Assembly (NCBI RefSeq): GCF_009834535.1
Contig: NC_045696.1
Location: 27,778,001-27,842,000 of the forward strand
Direction of reading: 5' to 3'
Source: Camelus ferus
Lineage: Eukaryota
DNA length: 64,000 nt
Positions 22,891 through 35,983 of the stretch are shown piece after piece. Within the stretch, counting starts at the first letter, position 1, and the number at the start of each line of letters is the position of its first letter. The position numbers were made by a program, and so were the translations under genes. A model generated the notes under the pieces. The model did no database searches, was not told where the DNA came from, and was given only the letters and a program-made list of their open reading frames with translations.

Positions 22891-25800
22891 TCTATGATAT
22901 TGCTACACCATGACATATTCCAATTTTTTTTTTTTCACCTAGGAATGATAACCAGAGTCATTCTCCCAAACCACAACTGATGACATTAGAATAAGGAATC
23001 AGAGCAGGAAAGCAGTCACTCTAGATTCAGGCTTGTGCCTTATTCAGGTTAAAACTTCTGACACAAATTAAAATTTTGTTTATGAATAGAGACATAACTG
23101 AAATCCCAGATAAACATTAGATGATTTTCAGTCTTTGGGATGTGTTTCAGTCCAAATAAGTTGTGTCTTTTTCTCCCTTTAAGTGTGCTGGCCATATTTA
23201 AACATTTAGCTACAACAACTTCAAGCAGAGGCTAAATTAAATGGAAAGACTTTGGAATTTGGTATCTCCCTCCCACCGCATACCTCATTTCACACCCTGG
23301 CTGTACTTCTTATACCTACAATTTGACATCCTTTTGTTTTTATCTTTGTTGTTATTTTAACCACTTAATGTCAACCATAAACTATTTGCTCCTCAAAGAT
23401 TATAGTGTACACATGTGAAATATGTTTTAATTCATAAACACACAAGAAATATATATTTATATTTTGAAATTAGGACACAAGATGGGAATATGATATTTAT
23501 AGGTTTATCCTAGTTTCTCCATTTGAAAAGTTGATAATATAATTTATCTCTTGTTTTGTTTTCTCTCATTTGATCTTAACATGCTTTAGGCATATTGTAT
23601 GTATCTCAGTTTGTTTTTGAACACCAAAGGTCACACTGATGGTCTTATTTACTGCTATCTCTGCCAATATTAATATTTTGAGTATGGTGTCACAGCAGCA
23701 TCGAGGGAGAAAGATTCAGAATGAATTTCTCTTCCGGACACTCATCTCTTCCTTGGCCTGAAGTGCAGTTTGTGATTCAATTATTCAACTCCCTGGGCTC
23801 TTGTTTCATCTTTTAAATATTCTGTTTCCACCAGGAGACACAAAACTCAGATAATCACAAAGTTTGCCGTTTCAAAATGTCGACGACCCCAAACTCAAAC
23901 CCTTCATCAGACTGTATGTGTTAAAAAATGATATTGTAGCACTGGACAATCCACTGCAGGTGAGGCTGCGGAGAACATTAGGCTACCACCTAAACATTCG
24001 TTTGAAAATAGCATTCAGCATGACCAAATTTACAACAATATTTATGCCAGTATGTGCCATTTTAAAGATGTGATGTCTTATAGAAATGCGTTTCTTGAAT
24101 AGCAGAGAAAAAAGCGTGTAGCTAAGAATTTGTGAACTTTGAATCTTGGCCCTAAACATTAATATTCAAAGCAAAATTTGTTTATAATTTCCCGGTCACT
24201 TTATGTACTGAATTTAACTTTTATTAATAAAGCATAATAATCTGCTATACCGGAGAATCTGATAAAGATAATAAAATAAGAGACAAGTGTTTAGGAAGAT
24301 TTTTTTTTCCACTGTAAAATGCATTTTGTAATTCTTACTTCATAAACAGGTAACTTTTTAGGCTTCCAAGACCAGATACAAATCTAACTTTACTCTCCTT
24401 TCACTACTTTATCAAGTTTTAAAGAACTGTTAAAAATACACAGTAAGAAGAAATGAACAGAAAATTTAATATACAGTAATGCACTATACTTACCTTTAGA
24501 TAACTGTATCTGTATCTGTATTATATCTAAATAAACTATATCTAGGTCTGTGTCTATCCAGCTAGGTTCTTGCAATTTTATTGAAAAAGTCAGCTGACTT
24601 AGTTGAAATTTAATTTAAAGCAATCTTAGTTATACAAAGAATCCTTAGGAATTATATAGAAAATCACTCCAGCTTCTTTACCACAAGCATGCAATTTCAA
24701 ATGTGTTTGGAAATACTCTACTTGGTATTTTATGGTAGAGCTCAGAATCATTCTATTAGATATGTAAAAATCTAGTGTTTGTTATTTTTAATATACATTA
24801 AATATAAATGCATGCACTATATGTTATGTATGTATATTATCTGGGACCTCAAGCATTTATGGGAAATGAATTTTCTAATAATTTGGAATTCAATTGGTAT
24901 TTATAGACATGCATAAACTACAATTTAAAAAATAAACTTCTTGTTATAAGTTTTAATTAAGTTTGGCTTAAACTTTACATAAGGAAATTTAGTTATTATA
25001 TTATCAGTTTTCTTTTTGTCTTTGCAAAAAGTTTTACAGAAAGTCTTACAGTTTTGAATCAGAGAACAGAAGTATTCCAACAGATGAGTTTGTTATCTGA
25101 GCAAGATTGAAGCCAATGCTTCTTTCTTCTCTATTGTGTTTAACAGTATTAATGAAAAGGTAAAAGAACTTTAAATTCTGGTAGTAACAATCACAATTTC
25201 ACTTGAAATGGCATATTGGGGTCTCTGGGGCCTCACATCATCATGTCTGATCTCAAAAACCATCAAATTTTAAAATAACAATTTAACTAAAATATATTCA
25301 TAATTGTTTATATATAGTCTGCTAAATTAAAAATGAATCTGATCAATTCTTTGTTTAGTATTAATTTTCTCACACAGAAATGAGAAGCAACAGAAAGCAA
25401 ACTCTATTCACTATACTTGTAAATCCTTTCCCCAGAAATTACCTTTATGTTGCTTTTAAACATCACACATGTGTGATAGCTAAAGAATTTTTCCCTATAG
25501 TTAAGGCCCTGGTAAATATTGAACCAATTTGTTTGCCTTACAGTTGATTTTAAAGATTATCTTTCTTTTGAGGAACATAGCATATTTTATATTATAAAAA
25601 ATTCTATGGTATATGTTATTCATTTGTCTACATTTCAAACCAAAGGAAATCAAAATGTGAATATCTCTTTGCAGATTCCTATTTTTATATCATGTAGAAC
25701 AGCTGCTAAAGCATTCATTCTATTCTGCTTTTATTTGCACCACTAAACATCTAGTGGATATAAAAACAAAATAGTACTAGGTACCATAAAAATAGGTTGC

Positions 25801-27599
25801 ATATATTCAGTATAATGATTTTTCAAACATATTGTGAGTAAAAGAAGAAACAAGTTCTTCTGCCATCATGCATTTTTATGATCATCTTCTTGGGAAATGG
25901 CATTAAATCTATTCTTTTGCAATAGTTTCCATCTCCACCCTCAAACCCTGACCCAATGTATTTTTCTGGCTCTCTGACCCAAGTTGCTTGTACGATTGGT
26001 CAGGCTGTCCTAGCATTAAACATTTTAATTTATTTGCAAAAGATATTTACAAACCTCTTCTGTAAAAGACACGTGGGATAATGTATCAGATCTGAAAGGG
26101 AATTCAACATGTCAGTTGGAGCACTATATAATGTCATCGTGACATAACTGAATGAAGAAGAAATGCTCTTCTACCTAGTTTGAAAATAATCAGGAATCAA
26201 CTGCTATTTCCTAGAGTTGTTCCACACTGTAATGGATCTAATGAGATTAGTGCTATAGTTTACTCAAGATTAGAAAAGAGCTTTCTGGACAAATGTGAAA
26301 TTTGTACTTTATCTGAGGTACTCAGGTGAGGCAAAATTGAATAAGGACCTTCTCTGATTATGAGGGTCTGTGCAGATCTAAACAAAATGTTTTCTTGGTT
26401 GAAAGGACAGGTCATCTAGGACCTGGGAGAGAACAAAACAAAGTAAAACAAAACAAAAACATGTAAACACCCTGATGGATAAAATTCCCTAGGTAACTCA
26501 TTTGACCTTTATCAAGTAATGTGACCTTTGAAGTATTGCCTCTAAGGGATAACTCTTAACCACTCAAGTCTTTTCATTCTAGGAAGTAATAAGGAAGTTG
26601 AAGACTCATCACTTTAGCTCCACAGTTTCACTGACTTTCTCCAAACCTAAGTAAAGTTCAGAGAAAAAAAAAAAAAAACAACGGAAAAGAAAGGTGTTTT
26701 GGTAGATAATTTAAATATTCCCAGCATTGGTGCTAGAACGTCAATCAACTTGTGTCCTTGAGGAATTGAAATGTACACTCTTCCGACTTACATTTGATAT
26801 GCAGTGCAAGAAAAACATAGACTTTCATTGTTTTAAATTCTTAATTGTTTTAAGACTTTTGAGGTTGTTCTTTATCATAACTAAGGCTCCTTACTGGAAA
26901 AGTAGTTTTTGAGGCAAGAGATGAAGGAAGAAGGAGCTTGGATTGAATCAGTGGGAAATGAGAAGATAAGACAGGATAAGAAAACATTTTGCAAGTAGAA
27001 CTGACATGGCTTAAACCATTAAAAGTTGTTAATTTAGAAACCAAAGACAAATAGTTCTTTTTTAAAAGTATCTTACATGAAAACCTTTTCCCTTTTTATT
27101 ATAAAAAGAAACAATATACTATATATACTTCACATATAAATGTTAAAAAGAAGCACTGACAGAATATAATATAATAAGGCATAAAGTTTTTTGCCAAATT
27201 GGGTGCACTCTTACAAATTCCATTTATTTTATTTCAAAGAGGCCAGACAGCTCTCCAGCCTTCCTGAGATGCTTGAGATGTGAGAACCCCTAATATTGGA
27301 TGGAATTAACCATCCTTGATGTCCAAACTTGAACCAGAAATGTCCAGTGGTGATAGAAAAGATAATAAGATTATACAGTTTTAGTGACTGATTTTAATTA
27401 AAATCCAGGATTTCAAATAGGCACTCAACATTGAGAGCAGTCTTATTTCATTTTTTTTCCAAAAGAACTGCTTCCACACACTTTAATATCATCTATTTTG
27501 TATTTTTTCTTTCTTCAATCTTCCTACAGCTACTTTTAATCTGCACTCAGCTTAGAACACAGTTTTCAACTTCTCAAAGTTGAAAACTATCTATTAAAG

Positions 27600-28670
27600 A
27601 GTACCTTTATTCTCCTGCAACCAAATCCACTAAGCTATGTACTCTAATTTCTTCATCTTCCTGTTATAACAGAACAAAGTATCTTTGATGACAAAACCAT
27701 CCCTCCGTACGTGCAGTGGATTCCATTCTTCCTGCTTTCTCTAGGACTTTGCTCTTCAGACATTTCACTCTATCTTCTTCATCATTGGTTGTCCTAGCAT
27801 CTCCCTCCTTGATTGCCTTATTTCTTTTTCCCTTCCTCTCCTCCCTCCTATGTAAATCATTACAAATAATGTACATTCTCTAGATCTCATGGTAAACAAT
27901 AGCTAATTATATCACCATCCAGTCAGTTACTAAAGCCAAAAACCTGTTGATCATCTTTAAATGCTCCACTTCTCTGACTCCTTATATCCTGCTCGTCATC
28001 AAGTTACTGCATTTCTGCCTCCAAAATCAATCTCGAACCCATATATTCTCCCCAATCTCATACTGTCTTTTGCCCAGACAACTATAAACACTTAACTGGC
28101 CTCTAAGCCTTTATGCATGCCCTATTAGCAAAAAATTATTTTAAATTGAACAACAACAAACATAACACACTATTCCAAGCTTTGTGCCATGGCTTTATTT
28201 GAACATGCAGGACCTATTTTCCTTGCTTTTTCAGCCCACTAGAGTCTGGCCATCCAACATTAATGGATAATTTATTATGCCAACTATTTCCCAGCACATA
28301 CCCTTTGTACGTGTGGTTCTTTCTAAGTGGAACAGTATCTTCCTCTCCCCCAGTCTCTCACATGGCTAGTCTTTCTCAACTTAAATATATAATTGCTCAA
28401 GAACTTCTTCTTCTAGTATAAACTGATCTCTTTATTAAGCATTATTTCATTTTCTTTATCACAAATTATCTCTCTGTCTCATCTCTCTTTCTCTTGGCAC
28501 CCATTCATCCATTCTATTACCTAAATATTAACTTTTTATTATCTTCCCTTCACTAGATTTTAAGGTCCTCAAAAGACAGAAACTGTGCCTTTTATTTAAT
28601 CTAGTATTCTATACTCATACTTATTATGATGCTTGGCATATAGGTACTTATGAAAGGTGTGTTGAAATAA
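27600..28670 (+). mobile_element. L2 element fragments running to the 3' end
   Basis: ccatccctccgtacgtgcagtggattccatt; caccatccagtcagttactaaagccaaaaacct; cactagattttaaggtcct...tgcttggcatataggtact...tgttgaa. Confidence 0.8.
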
Positions 28671-31108
28671 TTACCCTACCCTTGAAAAATATAACTCTCA
28701 ACCCAAGGATAGGATTCAGGACTTAAATCAGAAAACCTAGGTCTGACTAAAGTTGTCTAAGAACATTCCGAGGCTTCAGATCAAGGGTACTGAATAACAT
28801 TACCGCTTGCTGACAGGTAAGGCTGGAATAAGTAAAGACCCACGTTTGTTACTGCTCCAAAAATCAATCTTTGGAGATACAATCATAATTTCAGTTGTAT
28901 CACAAGATAACATAAACAAGATTTATTTTATGGCTCTCCCAGGAACTTTTATTTACATTAGTCTGATTAAGTTTATTTGAAATTGTTTCTGGGTTTACTG
29001 ACAGGAGAATGGGGAGGAAAGGATCTTAGAATACCTTGATTTGAATGCCAGTGCCTCCACTTTTTGACTCATGAGGACTTTCTTATTGGGAATAACACCC
29101 AAAATCATTTCAAGTTGAAATTATATCATAAGAGTGTTTGCAATTATCAAATCAGAAAATATGTATTATGTTCTAAATCATGCAAAGCCAATGTAACTTC
29201 TAACTGTTTTTATTATCTTTCTCATCAGACTAGAGATGACCATCTCTATTTTCTTGTGGAAAGATTATTAGGGTTTAATTTTCAAATTGGTAAAGTAGAT
29301 TTTTACTGAGGTATCCGGGTCAAAGCTTAGCAAATTGTAGTTTTTCTTTAATTTATCATAAGCCAAATACTGGAAGAAACACAGTTATGCAATGTAAATA
29401 AAGCAGGCAAATTCCTGCCCTAAAGAAGTCTAACACCTAGAGGGGAGAGGGAGATTAAGTATATAAAATCAGGCAAATATTTTTTAAGTTATATGCGGGA
29501 AAATAATAAGGGTAAGAGTTCTACATAGAAATATCTACATAATAAAAACTCTGTATTATATGTTGGTCTCCCCATTTCAGCAGAACATTTGACTGAATAA
29601 TAATGTTACTTCATTTTTATTATTACTATCACAAATAACAACTAACTCTGAAAACTCTGCTCTTACCCACTGTAACATTTTGCCTACTCAGCACTCTTAC
29701 CTGTTAGAAGGTGACTTAATATACGTATTTTTCACCTTGTCATATTAATTGAAATATTTTAAAGCAATTTGTTCTGTATAATCTTAATGTATTTACAAAA
29801 GTTTTTATAATATAATGGTACTTAATATTAATATTGTCAAATACATGTTTTATGAATGAGAAAATACAATTTACAACAACACCAGTCCATGACAAAAGAG
29901 CAAAGCATCAAAAATTTGCAGGTAATAAACATCAGTAAAGAGCACATAAAACTTTATATACTTTTCTTTTCTTCCCCAAGTTTAGGATGGATTTGTTAAT
30001 GCCACTGTAAATTAATGCATTCATCAATGAGCTATTATATACATATGTATGTAACTAGTTTTTTGTTTTTCTCGGAAGCTTCCCACACACATCTGTTTCT
30101 TTATGCAGATATTCTCTAAGATAATAAATGACTTAAGTTGTATGTTAATCAGAATAAAATCCAGTGAGAACTCACATATATGTAATTTCTACCCGTATGA
30201 ATTTTGGTTAAGATGGTTAATTGTGTAAAGACTGAAAAACCAGCAAATAGAAAGGAAGATCTGATCAAAATGTATTTGGTAGCATGAAAATTATGAATAT
30301 TCACATTTTCTTTTTTACATTGAACTGAGGATTTTATTTCTATGCAAATTCTCGCCTGCTCCCTTTCTGTCACATGGATCCTCATTCTTTTAGGCGAGAA
30401 TATGATATCACACCCTCCTCCCAGCCCCTACTTTTTTTTAATTGTGAATACTCATATTTTTCAGCCTCCAAAAAGTGAGAAAAACCTGCAAGAGACAGAA
30501 GATAATCCTTCTTAGTACTGGATACTGACACGAGGATCCCTTTCCTTCTCTGTGGGTGGTGATCTCTGTAGCTGCTTTAAGAATCCCAAGCATGTCATGG
30601 CGTAGGAGAAGACAGGTGATGCATGTAAGCATGGACTTCACGTTCTAGCCCAAAGATCATTTTTCTATTAATGATATTGAGGTCTAACAGAAGTCTTAAA
30701 GCACATTGTTATCTGATATAAAATAAATTGATGCCCAAACCCTGAGCAGATGGGTTTTGTTGGTGTCCAATGACAGTGAATGGTTACAGTTGCATGAAGT
30801 CATAACTAACTGGTTTCACAGCCTTCTGTTTGAAAAGGTGCCCAGTCCATTTTATACTAATCAAAGTGGACATAAACTTTTCACTCTTTTGGCTCAACAT
30901 TTCAGTATTTAAAAATCCTTTCCAAACACTGACACAATGAATAATTATTTAGAAGTTTGCTCTCCCATCTCATAGAAGGAAAACAAAAAAGCTTTTATCA
31001 GATTTTGAAGTTTCTCCCATCACTCTTCCTTTCATTTTCACTTTTTGCTTGCTTAATTTCATTGTTTCTGGTATTGGCAGAGAAAGATAGGACCTCTGTA
31101 TAAACAAA

Positions 31109-31272
31109 GAACACTATCTGATATGGCAGTATGTGGCTACTTCAATTTAAATTTATGAAAATAAACTAAAACTTAAAACTTAGTTTCTTAGCTGCACCAG
31201 TTATATTTCAAGTGCTTGGAAGCTACATTAGAACAGTTCCACCATCGTGAAAAGTTTTATAGGATTCTGCTG
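31109..31272 (-). mobile_element. MER3-like hAT-Charlie non-autonomous DNA transposon
   Basis: Minus strand reads cagcagaatcctataaaacttttcacgatggtggaactgttcta...agcacttgaaat...aatttaaattgaagtagccacat, matching the recalled MER3 consensus. Confidence 0.8.
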
Positions 31273-32309
31273 TTCTAAGAGGCTAAACATAAAATGGAGA
31301 AACATATAATAAAACTATACTCTCTACTAGTTAAAGCCCTAAGTCCAGCTTGAGTGACTCTCCATTCTTGGAAGCGCTGTAAGCTAGTCTTGTTATATCA
31401 TTCTTAGAGTTGAGCCCATTCTAGAAAAGAACTCCAGGAGTGGCTTACAAAAATAAAGTGACCTCCATCCAGTCACGATGATCCTCTAGGTTTTCAGAAG
31501 TTTTTAAACTGTCACAAATCTTGCAACACCTTATTGCCTTACTCAGCGGCCACCCTGCTACGAAGGTTGTGAAGCAGTAAGAAGCAACTCAAGCGGTCTG
31601 CACCGATGAGGGAGTGAGACTGGCGATGGGAACCTTATGCTCTGACTTAATTTTTCTTTTTGTGTTTCACCTCTCTACTGTTGAATTGCTAAAAACTCCT
31701 CAAAAATACCCCTGTCACTTACAAGCATTGCAGGGAAAAAACAATCTATTTGAAGCTTTCTTTTCTTACTTTTTACAGTCATGAAGCAAAACTTCAAGCT
31801 GACTGTATGTAGTATGACTTCAGAAGGTTTCCGTCACTGGTCTGCTTTGCAGTTACCTTAAATCTTATTTGTAACTTATAGAAGCTAAGACTAAGTAAAG
31901 GAAATCTCATTTACCAAGGAGTAGGAAAGCCCTGAAGAGCAGAGCTCTCTTGCATGTATCACTCACAGCAGCTTACAGACCACAGCGAGCTGTCCACCAC
32001 TTGCAGCCAGAAACAAAATTTAAAATGGCCCTCATGTCCAGTAATTACTTGACGCCATACTCTTGCCAGCTGCTTTGACTATTATCAAGGGCCCTGGGCA
32101 TTCGAACTTGATTCTCTGGAGGCTAAAGGAAACCAATTCACTGATATTTTCAGAAAGAATGTTGTTCTCAAAGAAGCCAACAACTAACGTATGTCATGGT
32201 CCAAAGGGATATTAAATCTAATAACTGTTAGTTCAATAAAAAGAATTCTGGCTTGGGCCAAATAATAATCCAGCCCTGCCAGAGACTAAAATTCCCATTA
32301 ATGGTTTAT

Positions 32310-32989
32310 ATGTTTTCTCACTGGACTGAAGCCTTTCCTTGCAGACAGGCTACTGTTACTTCTGTGGCTAAAATTCTACTAGAAAAATCATCCTTTCCTG
32401 GGTATTCGTAGTCACTGGGGAATTCACTTTCCTGGTCAAGTGCTTTGACAAGTCTGTGCTGTTTGGGCAGTTTTACAACACTTTCACTGTGCTAACCACC
32501 CCTGATCTTCAGGGCTATTCAAATGCACCAACAGCATCATTAAGACTCAACTGGCAATTTGTAGAGATCCTTCAAATATTCTGGCCCAAAGCACCACCAT
32601 TTGTCCTTCTAAGTCTCGGGTCTACCCCTTTTGGAACCCATAAACTCTCACCCTTTGAAATAATCACAGGATTCTCAATGCAATTGGCCCCTGATTCTTT
32701 CAATCCACAGCTGGTAAAGGGGGATATACAACAATACTGCAAAAACCTTATTGCTTCTGTTGAGAATAACCATACTTTTTGGAACATTCTTTACACAGTA
32801 CATTCCCAGGAGATAAAGACCTTAAGAATCACAGTTTGTAGCCCAGAGATTTTGTCTATTGGAAAAGAATCCCCAGAAAGATTCTCTTCAATCCTGTTGC
32901 AAAGGCCCTATAGGGTACTGTTAATCAACCTTTGTGTCACCAAACTCCAAGGAATAGACTCTCAGATCCATGTGTCACATTTAAAGTAA
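32310..32989 (+). pseudogene. pol: Frameshifted retroviral integrase remnant
   Basis: Translates in pieces as MFSHWTEAFPCRQATVTSVAKILLEK (from 32310), FWPKAPPFVLLSLGSTPFGTHKLSPFEIITG and PYRVLLINLCVTKLQGIDSQIHVSHLK*. These are integrase core and C-terminal (GPY/F, WIHxSHLK) motifs typical of class I ERVs. Confidence 0.9.
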
Positions 32990-33878
32990 GCACCAAACCC
33001 TGACTGGACCTGCACTCAGACTGATAACTTGGAAATCTTTATTTTGAAGAACTGAAGCAGGAGACAGCTGAAGGAGACAACTTTCCCAGGATGACTGGAC
33101 CAGGCTTGTATACCTTTCCTTGACCTTAATTCCTCCCTCTCTTTCTTAGCCCGAACTTCTGCAAAAAAGGGGAAACCTTTCAGACTGTTGGATCTGTCAC
33201 TAGAAGCTCCAATCTGTTCATGATGTTGGAGATCCCTTGGTCTTATGTGTCTCTTTGAACTCAAATTCCACTGTTGATTATACTCGCAAGGCTATGGGTG
33301 TTACCTGTTTGTTTAGGCTGTTATGACCAGTTTTCCATATCTTATTTCAACATCTCTCCAACCAAGACCACACAAGTTCCAATCCTATGATCTTGGTTGT
33401 TCACCTTTTTTAAGTAGGATCTGTTCCCTTGAACTCAAAGGGAACACAAACAGGCTAACTCCTCTTTGCCATGCTTTTAAAAAAGACCACTTTTGACTGG
33501 GACGTTTGCTTGAAGAATGTCTGCTTCCCATCTTCTTCTATATAATCATTTTAAGCTTTATATCTGTTGCTTGTCAAATCTTTGTAGCAACAACATGCCC
33601 AGAGTGATGCCAGCTCTGTGCTTTGAGATAATCTCCAAGGCTTATGACCTTGCTAAGGTATAGACTTCAGATGGGAAATGCCTGACAGTTCTTCCTCCTA
33701 TCTTTCCTAGCTTCAACGGTTTCCAGACTGTGTACTTTCCCTCCAAAATGGGAACATGACATGCAGGAGAGTTCCTCTCTGGCATCAAGGAACAAAACAT
33801 AATTCCATTAAAATTGGATAAACTGATTCTTGATCAGGGATTCTTTTAAGAAAAGATGTTGATCAAAAGGGGGAAAAG

Positions 33879-34266
33879 TGAAAATAAATCAAAGAAATCT
33901 CATTTAAAATTGAGTCAGGAAGGCTGAATGGGTTATTTCATGCATGTATCACTCACCAAATCTTATAGACCCTCACAAAAAGAAAGAGTTCCTTCTGATC
34001 CATCTACAACAAGCTGACTCCCTGGTAGCCAATGAAGAACCATCACAGCATTCCTCAATTTCCTCCTAAAATCTAATAAAAGCTGACCTTCCCTTGTTTC
34101 CTTGGACTTGCCTATAGTTTGCCATAGTTTGCATGTCCCAAATTCTAATTCCTCTACTATTCCTAAATAAATTCATTTTGATATATGAAAAAAAGGATGC
34201 AATAAAAATGATAAAATTCATATTTTATCAAATAACTGGCTTTTTTTGTTTTTTAAAGTCAAGACA
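33879..34266 (+). mobile_element. 3' LTR of the ERV1 provirus
   Basis: Follows the PPT, begins TG, contains agccaat, aataaa-type signals and a T-rich end ...ttttaaagtcaagaca. End position uncertain by about 5 bp. Confidence 0.8.
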
Positions 34267-35569
34267 ACCCCTCCTGTAATTGTACCATATTTCCACAACT
34301 GCTTATTATTTTGAATATAATTTTCAATTTGATCAAATTTTGATTATTTCTTATTTGGTATGATACAAGAACACCAAAATTAGTGAAACAGAAATCTGAT
34401 GAACATCAACCAGTGGTTTAGGGATATATAATTTATAAGAGTCATTCATTATGCTTGGGGAAATCATATTTCAGGTTAAATTAGGAGAATGATGTATTTC
34501 TAATCATTCACTGCCCATGAACCAAAAAGGAAAACAATCAGAAAAGTTCACAGTCAAGTTCACTTGCAAAAGATTGTGTGCAAAGAATAACAATCACAGA
34601 TACATTATGACAAGTCTCCTTTCTAGTGGTTTTGAGTTCTGGAAGAAATGCTATCCTTCCCTTAATTGGAAATAAGCTATCAAACAAATCTTATCATTTC
34701 ATCAGGCACCTATTCCTTTGATACTTCAGGATACATACACACCAAAAATCTGGATTTAAACAAACAAATATTTACTACAATACCAAACTTTTATTCCATA
34801 AGTTCAAAGTTGCATTGAAGATAATATTTCACTTTTTTAAATCTTGAAACCAGAAACACCTTCATTTAAATATTTGGGAATGTTCTGCCCCCATCTGTGT
34901 CAGTTGATGAGATATTAACAGTATGGTTTGGCCATACTGACCTAGTTGATAGTTTGACTTTAATAGCTTCACTTCTCCTTTTACATACCATCTTGGTTTC
35001 AAACTTACCTTTTGGTATCAAGCTCATGCTTGACCCCAAATCAAGGTGTTTTCTTGGTTTGATTCACTGCAGTGTAACTTGGTTTGCATTTGCCACTTGA
35101 TTTCACCTCCTTTAGATAATCACATAGCTTAACTATTTCCTCAAACTCTCGGTCCCTAACCTTGTATTACTCAGCTTGGCTGACACCACCTGCATCAGTC
35201 TTATCCCAACCACCCCTGCAGGGGGAAATCAACTGACTGACAAAGAATCTGAGTACTGGTCAAACTGATAATATTCTGATCCTAAAATACCAGAATTAAT
35301 GATGTTTGCTCACACAATGTCTGCTTATTATTAATACATTTTAAAGTATTTCAAATATAATAATATAATATCATATATTATATTAAATATGGAATGATAT
35401 AATAAAAATGTGGTACAACATTAACCTTTATCTTTATAGATATGAACTGCAATATCCTTTCTAGTCCTCTTTCTGAAACACTGACCAAGTTCAAGAGAGT
35501 TGCATTTATTCAACCATACCCTAAACAGTTAGTGGAAGATGAATTTTTCTTCCAACTAGGAACAGATGT

Positions 35570-35669
35570 NNNNNNNNNNNNNNNNNNNNNNNNNNNNNNN
35601 NNNNNNNNNNNNNNNNNNNNNNNNNNNNNNNNNNNNNNNNNNNNNNNNNNNNNNNNNNNNNNNNNNNNN
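35570..35669. other. Assembly gap (100 N), followed by (GAAA)n
   Basis: Run of exactly 100 N, a typical placeholder size. GAAA repeat at 35670-35695. Confidence 0.99.
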
Positions 35670-35739
35670 AGAAAGAAGAAAGAAAGAAAGAAAAGTTAGT
35701 GTAGTGGCCCAGAAAGGACTAAGCAAACTTAAGTGGTTC

Positions 35740-35983
35740 CATTACTAAAAGGCAAGCAGATGGTTTTTCAACTCAGCTCCCCCTGAATTGTTGCCATGAA
35801 GGAAGTCAGGCCAGGACTCTCAGATCTTTCCTTATTGCAAGAGAATCCAGAAATCAGAATTTTAGCTTGATGTCTTCTAATTATTAAATTCCTGCCTTTT
35901 TCCCTTGTTCAGAAATGGTTCAGGTAAAACAAAATACATCTGCCAGCCATATTTAGCTACAGGGATGCCAATTTACGATCTCT
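35740..35983 (+). mobile_element. MER102-like hAT-Charlie DNA transposon fragment
   Basis: cagatcttt...caagagaatccagaaatcagaatttt...aaaacaaaatacatctgccagccatatttagctacagggatgccaatttacgatctctg resembles the recalled MER102 3' end. Confidence 0.65.

Larger units (their letters stand above)
31880..34266 (+). mobile_element. Internally deleted class I (ERV1, gammaretrovirus-like) endogenous provirus
   Basis: 5' LTR stub (~31880-31990) shares gaaatctcattta and tgcatgtatcactcac with the 3' LTR. Decayed pol (RNase H end, integrase) follows, then a polypurine tract aaaagggggaaaag at 33865-33878 and an LTR starting TG at 33879. Confidence 0.88.

Noticed and set aside
35003..35112. Perfect minus-strand donor AAG|GTAAGT with a possible upstream exon
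   Set aside because: All three frames contain stops and the acceptors are weak. Isolated donor motifs are expected by chance.
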